From IMG/VR virus record IMGVR_UViG_3300004686_000002, positions 62,001 to 126,000 of that record: a stretch of DNA of 64,000 bases. One strand, 5' to 3'. Source of the stretch: an uncultured virus (IMG/VR IMGVR_UViG_3300004686_000002) (Duplodnaviria > Heunggongvirae > Uroviricota > Caudoviricetes). The translations under genes and the position numbers were made by a program. The notes under the pieces were generated by a model. It searched no databases. It saw nothing but the letters and a program-made list of their open reading frames with translations, and was not told the origin of the DNA. Positions 49,744-57,072 of the stretch are shown one piece after another (the first letter of the stretch is position 1; each line of letters starts with the position of its first letter).

Positions 49744-50470
49744 TAACAACCAAACAAAAATACCTCTATCTCCAGAAGAGGCTTATCTTGCTTCTAAGCT
49801 TTTTGGCAGAAGCTTGTTCAGTGCTATACAACTTGCAAAAGAACAGGAAGAGGCCACCCGCAGAATGGAAGGTCTTGGTGGAGGAGACACCTTGAGAATT
49901 CCTATTCCTGTAAATACTTTGCACAAAACCAGTGAAGAGGGCGAGGCTTCTCCTGGGTTGATAGGAAGAGCAATCAGATTCAACAGAAACCCAATTCGCT
50001 CTGTGTTTGGTGGTGAGGCAGGCTTTCACGAAGCCAGGAGAGAATACTTTCAGCAACAGAAGATGCAGATACAGCGTGAACTTCAGGATGCGCAAAAAGA
50101 ATATCTCCAAACACTTCAAAAGATTAAGCAGGGTGAATTAGAAACCCCTAACGTGGATGCATTCTGCAATGGATTGGCTGCAGAAGCGACCATCAGTGAA
50201 ATTCTTCCTAAAACTGCAGGTAATACTGCAGAAGATGTAGAAATAAGCGATCACAGCCTAAAGAGACTTCTTGGTAAAGGCCTAGGTATCTTGAAAAAGC
50301 CTGTTGACCCTGTTATTGATTTAGGTGCCACAGGATTAATAGGTACAGGCGCAGGTAGTGCTTATCTTACTTATGTTATTAAGAAGAAGCTTAGAGAGAA
50401 AAATCACGCTGAGGATTATATCTCTAACATTCCTACCAGAGTAGAATTAGAACCTTACAACATAGGATGA
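49736..50470 (+). CDS. Putative internal virion protein
   Basis: HKTS, IKQG, AFCNGL, PKTA; LGATGLIGTGAGSAYLTYVI. Confidence 0.6.
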   Translation: MNNNNQTKIPLSPEEAYLASKLFGRSLFSAIQLAKEQEEATRRMEGLGGGDTLRIPIPVNTLHKTSEEGEASPGLIGRAIRFNRNPIRSVFGGEAGFHEARREYFQQQKMQIQRELQDAQKEYLQTLQKIKQGELETPNVDAFCNGLAAEATISEILPKTAGNTAEDVEISDHSLKRLLGKGLGILKKPVDPVIDLGATGLIGTGAGSAYLTYVIKKKLREKNHAEDYISNIPTRVELEPYNIG

Positions 50471-50955
50471 AAATAGACTGGAGCGAATTTGAAAGAGGAT
50501 TTTCCGATATGGAAAAAGAGGGAGGTTTTTTAACCAACCTCTTAACCTCCCGTGTGAGTAAAATATTAGATAATATTGCACCCAGACCTAATCCAGGAAT
50601 AGCTCCACTGCTTCCACAAATGCAGGGAAAGTTGAATTTAAACTTAGGCCCTGAAAAAACCATTTTTAATACTCCAGCTAACGAAGTGCACAGCATAGGC
50701 TCTCCTGTTAAAGGGCAAGAAAAGTTAGCAGGACTCATAGATCCTCATGTGCTTAGAAGTGTATTAACAGCAAAAGCCGTTAAAGGTGCGGTAAATACCA
50801 TTGCGGGTCCAGACGCACCAGAAACTTCTGAGGTACCTGAAAAAAAGGTTATTTTAGAAACTAAATATCCTGAAATGAAAAAACTTCTTGAAGATGAGAA
50901 GACTAAAGCATATCTTGAATCCTTACTCACAGAGGATTTGAACAATGCAAGCTAA
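50467..50955 (+). CDS. Putative internal virion protein
   Basis: EFERGFSDMEKEG, EKLAG. Confidence 0.6.
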   Translation: MKIDWSEFERGFSDMEKEGGFLTNLLTSRVSKILDNIAPRPNPGIAPLLPQMQGKLNLNLGPEKTIFNTPANEVHSIGSPVKGQEKLAGLIDPHVLRSVLTAKAVKGAVNTIAGPDAPETSEVPEKKVILETKYPEMKKLLEDEKTKAYLESLLTEDLNNAS

Positions 50956-51157
50956 ACAAATCTATATTCCGTCTTTAAAAATAAAAGGAACATACCTAGA
51001 AGAAATCGGCGGAGAAAAAGAAAAAGTGACCTACCCTGGTAAGCCTATAGAGGTAGAGTTAACAGCAGAAGATTTCTTATCAGAAGAAGATTATCACAGT
51101 GCCTGGATAATAATAACAAGAGCAGTGCAAAAAAAGCTTTCAAATGGAGTTTCCTAA
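50945..51157 (+). CDS. Hypothetical protein
   Basis: 70 aa, overlaps both neighbours. Confidence 0.5.
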   Translation: MQAKQIYIPSLKIKGTYLEEIGGEKEKVTYPGKPIEVELTAEDFLSEEDYHSAWIIITRAVQKKLSNGVS

Positions 51158-51797
51158 AAATACCAGAGATTTTTTTGATCCGCATGCACTGAATAAGCTT
51201 ATTCAGAAACATGTGCTAGAAGGTTTTAAGTCTAAGTTAGGGCAGATAGAAACAAACGACCACAAGTTAGAGGTAGAGAACATAGAGATACACCCAAAGC
51301 CATTCTCTATAGAGGACCAGAAAAAGGCTATCTTAGAAAAGCGTGATCTTACTTACCCAATAAAGGGAGATGTGCACTTGGTGGATAAACGCACAGGTCA
51401 GCGGGTAGAATCCAAACATATTACCATTGCGAATATTCCTTTTGTCACAGACAGGAATACGGTTGTGTATAACGGCAGTGAGTATGAGCCTATTCATCAG
51501 CAGAGATTGCTTCCTGGGGTTTACTCCAGGATTCGCCAAAGCGGAGAAGCAGAAGCTCACATCAATCCGGCCCCTAGAACAGGAATGGGCGGAAGAATAT
51601 TATTTTATCCAGACAAACAACTTTTTGTTTTGATGCTTCAGAACACGCAAATAAAGCTTTATGGTGTGATGAGAGATCTCGGCGTGTCTGATAGCCAAAT
51701 GCAAGCCGCCTGGGGAAATGAGATTTATTTAGCCAATAAGAAAATGTACACAGGCGACGAAATAGACAAGTTGTACAATAAAATATTTTTAAGTTAA
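51144..51797 (+). CDS. RNA polymerase beta subunit, N-terminal fragment (rpoB-like)
   Basis: RDLTYPIKG...IANIPFVTDRNTVVYNGSEY...QQRLLPGVY matches the beta N-terminal pattern IPxMTxxGTFxINGxERVxVxQLxRSPGVY. Confidence 0.85.
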   Translation: MEFPKNTRDFFDPHALNKLIQKHVLEGFKSKLGQIETNDHKLEVENIEIHPKPFSIEDQKKAILEKRDLTYPIKGDVHLVDKRTGQRVESKHITIANIPFVTDRNTVVYNGSEYEPIHQQRLLPGVYSRIRQSGEAEAHINPAPRTGMGGRILFYPDKQLFVLMLQNTQIKLYGVMRDLGVSDSQMQAAWGNEIYLANKKMYTGDEIDKLYNKIFLS

Positions 51798-51851
51798 AAT
51801 TTGCAACCCTACCGTGTCAGAGGTATATATTAAGAGGAGGTGAACACACAC

Positions 51852-52073
51852 ATGAATAAAAACGCATACGAAATCAGATTAGACATTCTTATGGACGCTC
51901 ACAGGTATTGTACTGAATTATTTCAGCACAAAGCCTCTGCGTTTATGGCGGCAGCTGAGAAAGACAATAAGGTTGTTTCACCAGAAGCAATTGAAAAGCT
52001 ATATCCATCAAAAAAGGAAATCATCAGCACTGCAGAAATGTTTTATGAGTTTGTGGGAGGCAGCCACAAATAA
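51852..52073 (+). CDS. Small phage hypothetical protein
   Basis: KNAYEIRLDIL...YPS...FYEFV; GGAGGTG RBS fits the ATG at 51852; TTGCAA-N17-TATATA at 51801-51829. Confidence 0.65.
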   Translation: MNKNAYEIRLDILMDAHRYCTELFQHKASAFMAAAEKDNKVVSPEAIEKLYPSKKEIISTAEMFYEFVGGSHK

Positions 52074-52106
52074 AATATTGCATACTAACAAACAATAAGT
52101 AATAAT

Positions 52107-52190
52107 AACTATCAGCAATGGAGAAACCTTATGTTTCTCTGGATTAGTAATCCTAGTCTGTTGCAAGGGCATAATCCATTGTTGATAGTT
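52107..52190 (+). ncRNA. Candidate structured 5' leader RNA
   Basis: 16-bp closing stem AACTATCAGCAATGGA/TCCATTGTTGATAGTT (one G-U pair) enclosing smaller hairpins. Confidence 0.5.
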
Positions 52191-52219
52191 CAACCAAAAA
52201 CAAACAACAATTAAAAATT

Positions 52220-52735
52220 ATGGCTACCACATATTCAGTTCGTAAAAACGCTTCTGGCGTTACAGCCGACAATCAGATCGGTGGACTCATCACTTCTCGC
52301 TACGAGAAGGCTAGCATGGCCTTCGGCACTATTCCTGCCGGAAGCTACAATTGCGGCGACACCATCAGCTTTGATGATGTTGACAGCCGTTATATCGTTG
52401 AGGCTCACGTCACGGCCCACCTCGGTGGCGGTGTGATCGCTCTTGATGTTGTTCCTGGAACGGATCTCACCGCAGGTCCTCTCGCGCTCAACATTGGTAC
52501 AGGAGCCACGGGCGCTGGTACAGGCGGAACGGGAACTTATTCCAACAACAACCCTGGTCCTTTGCTCAGCTATGTAATTTATTACATCCGCGGTAACGGC
52601 ACCCAAGGTTCAGCCGGATCCACGAATCCTAACGTTGGTGGTTCTGCTGGTGATCTCCTTCAGGTCACCGTGTCCGCTAGTGCAATTGTTACCAAGGATT
52701 CTGTTTCTAACACAGAAACAGGCCCTACTGTCTAA
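52220..52735 (+). CDS. Highly expressed structural protein (decoration/fibre-like)
   Basis: 171 aa G/T/S-rich; codon bias like the capsid gene; own promoter and terminator. Confidence 0.6.
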   Translation: MATTYSVRKNASGVTADNQIGGLITSRYEKASMAFGTIPAGSYNCGDTISFDDVDSRYIVEAHVTAHLGGGVIALDVVPGTDLTAGPLALNIGTGATGAGTGGTGTYSNNNPGPLLSYVIYYIRGNGTQGSAGSTNPNVGGSAGDLLQVTVSASAIVTKDSVSNTETGPTV

Positions 52736-52759
52736 TCTTTAGACCAGTTAAAAAAGAAT

Positions 52760-52793
52760 GGGGGTGTGGAGAAATCCACACCCTTATTTTTTT
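52760..52793 (+). terminator. Intrinsic terminator
   Basis: GGGTGTGGA-GAAA-TCCACACCC-TTATTTTTTT. Confidence 0.88.
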
Positions 52794-52869
52794 ATAAAAA
52801 GCACTTGCGCGTAGCTAGAGATCGTATATATTAATTCTCGTCAGTAACACTTAAACAAATAATAAACAC

Positions 52870-53016
52870 ATGGAAGAATCAAAAGAATCCCAAGTATTTC
52901 GTCTTGTTCAAGAGCTTGAACAAACCAGGAAAAATAAAAAAGCCGAGATGCAGGCTTATAACGAAGACATCAAAAGAATCAACGCCGAGATAAAAGAATT
53001 ATTAACCAAGGAATAA
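52870..53016 (+). CDS. 48 aa coiled-coil protein (below the ORF-track cutoff)
   Basis: MEESKESQVFRLVQELEQTRKNKKAEMQAYNEDIKRINAEIKELLTKE; promoter-like TTGCGC-N16-TATATT upstream. Confidence 0.6.
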   Translation: MEESKESQVFRLVQELEQTRKNKKAEMQAYNEDIKRINAEIKELLTKE

Positions 53017-53017
53017 T

Positions 53018-53299
53018 ATGAGCGCACAAGATGAACAAAGAGGCACAGTAGAACTTCCCGCAGTGGTAAGTACAGAAACAGACAAGCATATCTCTATGCT
53101 CCTGATAGAGGACGGTCTAGCTCAAGTTGAAGATCAGCTCAATGGGCTAGAATCAGGAATTGCCGAAGTCACAGAAGCAAATAAGCAGCTAACAGAAAGA
53201 ATGAATATGCTACAAAGCCGAAAGATCGCAGCTACGGCCCAAAAAAACCTATTATTCGAATTGCAGAAAAAGATTACTGAGTTGTCGGCTGCTCAGTAA
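53018..53299 (+). CDS. Coiled-coil hypothetical protein
   Basis: 93 aa. Confidence 0.6.
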   Translation: MSAQDEQRGTVELPAVVSTETDKHISMLLIEDGLAQVEDQLNGLESGIAEVTEANKQLTERMNMLQSRKIAATAQKNLLFELQKKITELSAAQ

Positions 53300-53307
53300 A
53301 TAACTAT

Positions 53308-53661
53308 ATGTCAGAGGCTCCTAATAATTTTATTATATTGTTAGGAGCCTCTGCATGGTTGGCTTATATTCTATTGGTTTGGTTTAGAACAAATGCGTTT
53401 GCCGAGTATATAAATCTTTTCAAGCTTTCTAAATATTTTAAAGTAGGCAAATATTATGAATTGGTAGAAAACGGCTATCCGGATGGATACGTTCAATTTT
53501 TAAAGGAATATTATCACGACTCTTTCCTGGTTCGTTTAGTTACATGTCCTATTTGTTTTGGATTTTGGTTAGGTTTAGATATTGCTTTGGTATTTAATAT
53601 TAACTTTTTAGTTATACCTATAGGCTTGTTTTTATATGGCTGTTTAAATAGAATTATTTGA
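53308..53661 (+). CDS. DUF1360-like membrane protein
   Basis: LVTCPICFGFWLG flanked by hydrophobic helices. Confidence 0.6.
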   Translation: MSEAPNNFIILLGASAWLAYILLVWFRTNAFAEYINLFKLSKYFKVGKYYELVENGYPDGYVQFLKEYYHDSFLVRLVTCPICFGFWLGLDIALVFNINFLVIPIGLFLYGCLNRII

Positions 53662-53662
53662 T

Positions 53663-55240
53663 ATGGCCGGATTAGAAATAAATACATCTAGTGTAATACT
53701 AGGCTCACCAGATACTTTAGGAGTTCCTCAATACACGGCGCAATATCAGCCAGGATATTTTAGTATTTCTAATGAGTCTGTTGTAGTTACTCAGTTAGCA
53801 TTAACAAATGCATTAGACTTAGTTGTAAACAGCCCAAGTTTATTAAGTGTTGGTCAGATTGTAGAGGCTTATGGCATTCAGCCCAATACAACAATAACTC
53901 AGATCTATGGAAATACCATAACTCTTAGCGCGCATCTCACACATAATATTTCTAGTGGCACTAGTCTTATATTGGGCACAATAACCCCGCCAGATAACTG
54001 CGCATTACCCGCACTTAGCGCTCCTCTATTAGACTTAGGCAGCCCTATCACACCTATGGATAGGGCCTGCAGTTTTGCATTTCCAAACGTAAATCTTGTA
54101 ACGCCTGTTTATAACGCTCCGAATATTGCTGCTCTCGCCTGTCAAACAGTTCAGGTAAAAGGAAACATAGTGCAGACTGGGGCAGCAGACGGGCAAATAA
54201 CTGTTACTAGCTCTGGCAACGCCCCTGATTGCGGTATTTTATTGGGAGGAAATATTCACGTTACTGCGTGTGAAAATTTTAAAATTGATTCTAATGTAAA
54301 GCTCACAGGCAGTGCGCAAGGAAGTTTAACATTCGGAAGTGTTTCTAGCGCTCCTGACTGCGGAGCCCAGCTTACAGGGAATATATTCGTTCCTCAGGCT
54401 TGCGAGGTTATTTTTGTCGAAAAAGGAAATATTAATTTTCCCCCTAATATGGCGGGATCTGCGTTTAATATTTACAACAAACAGTCACTCACGGCAACAA
54501 CAGGGCCTACAGGCGGAGGCGGTGGTCCTCCATGCACAATAAGCTATGATTTAGACCTTCATGTTAATGCCTGTGAAGCAATTAAAATAAATCCTATATT
54601 CAACCCTCCCTCGGCTTTCTCGGGATCCACTTTCCTGGTTAAACCAAAAGCCATAACAGGTCCAACGAGCTCCACAGGCCCAACAGCTTCTATATCTTCT
54701 GCTAGTTACGCTCAACAACAAGAAGAAAATTGTTCGGTGGATTTAAAACTGGATCTTGTGACTAACTTTTGTGAAGCTTACAAAGTATTTGGAACAGTTA
54801 CCACATCAGGGATGGCACAAGGAAACGTAAAACTGTCCTCCTCTGGGAATAAAGGGCAATGCCAGCTTATATTAGATGGTAATATAGAGGTACCAGAAAT
54901 TCTATTTGATAGCGACGTACAGACTCACGGGTTACCTTGGAGTGTTGATGTTCTGCGAGTACCAAGCGCGGCAGGTGCTACGCATACTCCTCCTCACTAT
55001 CAACTAAAAGCAGACTTTAAGCTAGGAGATAAGTTGTCATCTGTTCTTAGTGGCTGTTGGTTACCTATATCTGTTTGCGTTCTCGGAGTAACAAGGGATA
55101 TTTATGTTTGGGTGGTTGGATACCGCGGAGATAAACGATGCCCAGGCCCCACTTGCTGCTTACTGCCATCTAATCCAAACGACGGTCGTAGTCCTATCGA
55201 AATATATAGTGGCTGGTATAACGGGTATGCTCCTGCGTAA
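53663..55240 (+). CDS. Cys-repeat fibre/appendage-like protein
   Basis: 525 aa; repeated C-x(10-14)-[AF]CE units; T/G/S-rich. Confidence 0.55.
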   Translation: MAGLEINTSSVILGSPDTLGVPQYTAQYQPGYFSISNESVVVTQLALTNALDLVVNSPSLLSVGQIVEAYGIQPNTTITQIYGNTITLSAHLTHNISSGTSLILGTITPPDNCALPALSAPLLDLGSPITPMDRACSFAFPNVNLVTPVYNAPNIAALACQTVQVKGNIVQTGAADGQITVTSSGNAPDCGILLGGNIHVTACENFKIDSNVKLTGSAQGSLTFGSVSSAPDCGAQLTGNIFVPQACEVIFVEKGNINFPPNMAGSAFNIYNKQSLTATTGPTGGGGGPPCTISYDLDLHVNACEAIKINPIFNPPSAFSGSTFLVKPKAITGPTSSTGPTASISSASYAQQQEENCSVDLKLDLVTNFCEAYKVFGTVTTSGMAQGNVKLSSSGNKGQCQLILDGNIEVPEILFDSDVQTHGLPWSVDVLRVPSAAGATHTPPHYQLKADFKLGDKLSSVLSGCWLPISVCVLGVTRDIYVWVVGYRGDKRCPGPTCCLLPSNPNDGRSPIEIYSGWYNGYAPA

Positions 55241-55244
55241 ATTT

Positions 55245-55937
55245 TCAGCTTTCTGGAACCTCAACAACAGAGTTCAAGAAAGTCTGATGATCTATCCAAA
55301 TTTTTTTACCAGAAGAGTCCTCTACTAATCTATAGAGCTTACCGTCTTCTCCTTTTCTGCAGTTTTTAACAAAAAAGTTTACCACGCCTATTGTTTCGGC
55401 TTCTACTGTTTGAATAGGGTCCATTAGTCCAAACTGACTCTCATTAACACTTCTGGAGCTATCAGGAATGCTCTCTGTGCTTCCTATGCCGCCCTCACCC
55501 ATCTTGCTGACTTTGTGGGCAAGCATATATTGCTCCATAGGATTTACACCCTCGATGTTTTGGCTCAGGGCGTTACCCACAAAAACACTCTTTATTTGAG
55601 GAGTAAAAAAGCCGCTATGCAGCCAGGATAGATTTCTTTTTTGTCTGAGCTTCATCTTTGCTTTCATTTGTATCTTACCCGCATCGTGCTCTATGTGCTC
55701 TTTGACATAATCCTCCGCACCTAAAAATTTTGAATACGCCAGGTTATCTCTATCATCGGGATGTACTTCTCTGCTATAAACCTTTAAAAGCTTACTCGTT
55801 GTCTGCAGTAATACCGCGGGATTTATGTGGTTAACAGACATACCAAGGGTTTTCCCCATAACACCCACGTCTAGTCGAATGTTTCCAAAGTATTCTTTTA
55901 TTTTTTGTGCCTTCTCGGCCTTAGTCATCGTATTCAT
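55245..55937 (-). CDS. RNA polymerase beta subunit, middle (fork) fragment (rpoB-like)
   Basis: DDRDNL, LSQ...NPMEQ...HKVSKMGEGGI, RSVNESQFGLMDPIQTVEAETIGVV correspond to DDIDHL...NPL...GPGGL...RDVHxSHYGRxCPIETPEGxNIGL. Confidence 0.9.
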   Translation of the reverse strand: MNTMTKAEKAQKIKEYFGNIRLDVGVMGKTLGMSVNHINPAVLLQTTSKLLKVYSREVHPDDRDNLAYSKFLGAEDYVKEHIEHDAGKIQMKAKMKLRQKRNLSWLHSGFFTPQIKSVFVGNALSQNIEGVNPMEQYMLAHKVSKMGEGGIGSTESIPDSSRSVNESQFGLMDPIQTVEAETIGVVNFFVKNCRKGEDGKLYRLVEDSSGKKIWIDHQTFLNSVVEVPES

Positions 55938-56052
55938 CTGAATTATTATATCTTGTAAATTAAAACCTACAATCAGAATTGCTAAGTAAAGATATTCTTT
56001 GACGAACGTAAAATATGTATTAATATATTATTAGTGTGCTAAATAAAACTAT

Positions 56053-56241
56053 ATGAATTTTGAATTCAACTACGACCCTGAGTCAGAGGAGATATCTATC
56101 ACTTATGACAATTCGATAACCCTCAGGGCATACCAACAAAACGGTAAAATAATTTTTGTTAACTTTGATAGAGTAGACGACCCGGACATAGAAGACCTTT
56201 TAAAAAACGTTTGCAAAAACACATACAGTCTGCTTACTTAG
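56053..56241 (+). CDS. Hypothetical protein
   Basis: 62 aa, downstream of TTGACG-N16-TAATAT. Confidence 0.55.
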   Translation: MNFEFNYDPESEEISITYDNSITLRAYQQNGKIIFVNFDRVDDPDIEDLLKNVCKNTYSLLT

Positions 56242-56245
56242 TCTA

Positions 56246-56689
56246 ATGGCTAAAAGCACTAACACACAGAATAGATTATCTTGGGATGAGTATGGTATGC
56301 TTCTCGCATACGCGGCAGCCCTCAGATCAGAAGATCCATACAAAAAGGTAGGAGCAGCTGCCCTGCGCAATGATTATAGTGTTGCAGGTACTGGTTATAA
56401 TGGAGTACCGAAAGGGGTGGATATTTCCTGGGAAGATAGAGAAGAGCGCAGAAAATATGTGTGTCACGCAGAATTGAATTGTTTAAGATACACAAAGCCT
56501 TCAGAAGTACATACTATCTACACCACACTGTCCCCTTGCTCAGACTGTATTAAAACAATAGGAGCATTCGGTATTAAAAGAATTTTCTTCTCAGAAATTT
56601 ACGACAGAGATAAATCTTGCTTTGAAATTGCTGATGTATTTGGTATAGCTATACAACACTTTCCATTTAACCCACAAATAATTTTTTAA
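56246..56689 (+). CDS. dCMP deaminase
   Basis: RSEDP..KVGA, GYNG, HAELN, PCSDC. Confidence 0.92.
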   Translation: MAKSTNTQNRLSWDEYGMLLAYAAALRSEDPYKKVGAAALRNDYSVAGTGYNGVPKGVDISWEDREERRKYVCHAELNCLRYTKPSEVHTIYTTLSPCSDCIKTIGAFGIKRIFFSEIYDRDKSCFEIADVFGIAIQHFPFNPQIIF

Positions 56690-56706
56690 ATCTTGTTGAC
56701 AATACT

Positions 56707-56877
56707 ATGAAGCCGAAAGATAGTGATGATGAGTTTTATAACCCCTCTCACAAAAAAGAAAATGATGGGGGGAATAAAAAAAGTGAGTTTGTTAAAAAAA
56801 TAAGAAAATATCAAAAATCTATAGAACCTGACGAATATGACGAATACTACGAACACAGAGACGACACAAGAGACTGA
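56707..56877 (+). CDS. 56 aa charged protein (below the ORF-track cutoff)
   Basis: MKPKDSDDEFYNPSHKK...YEHRDDTRD. Confidence 0.4.
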   Translation: MKPKDSDDEFYNPSHKKENDGGNKKSEFVKKIRKYQKSIEPDEYDEYYEHRDDTRD

Positions 56878-57064
56878 TACTTGTAAAAATTGCAAGTACT
56901 GGTTTAAAGTTCAAAATGAAGCAGCTGAGACAGAAGGTGCTTTAATTTTTGGAAGGTGCAAAAGAAATCCTCCCCTTTTTGTACAAAAGGATGATACTAC
57001 TTATACAGGATTCCCCATGATTGTGGACCACGAATGGTGCGGAGAATTTATCCCTAAGCAATAA
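56837..57064 (+). CDS. Small four-Cys metal-binding protein
   Basis: CKNCKYW...GRCKRNPP...WCGEF. Confidence 0.6.
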   Translation: MTNTTNTETTQETDTCKNCKYWFKVQNEAAETEGALIFGRCKRNPPLFVQKDDTTYTGFPMIVDHEWCGEFIPKQ

Positions 57065-57072
57065 ACACATAT

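Noticed and set aside
45626..55240. A single inversion explaining the scattered beta order
   Set aside because: Flipping the plus-strand block gives the order middle, N, C, which is still not colinear. I saw no flanking inverted repeats.
51144..55937. Split intein or intron rejoining the beta fragments
   Set aside because: No intein-like extra sequence or HN-C/S/T junction at the fragment ends and no intron-sized noncoding gap. The fragments look like independent genes.
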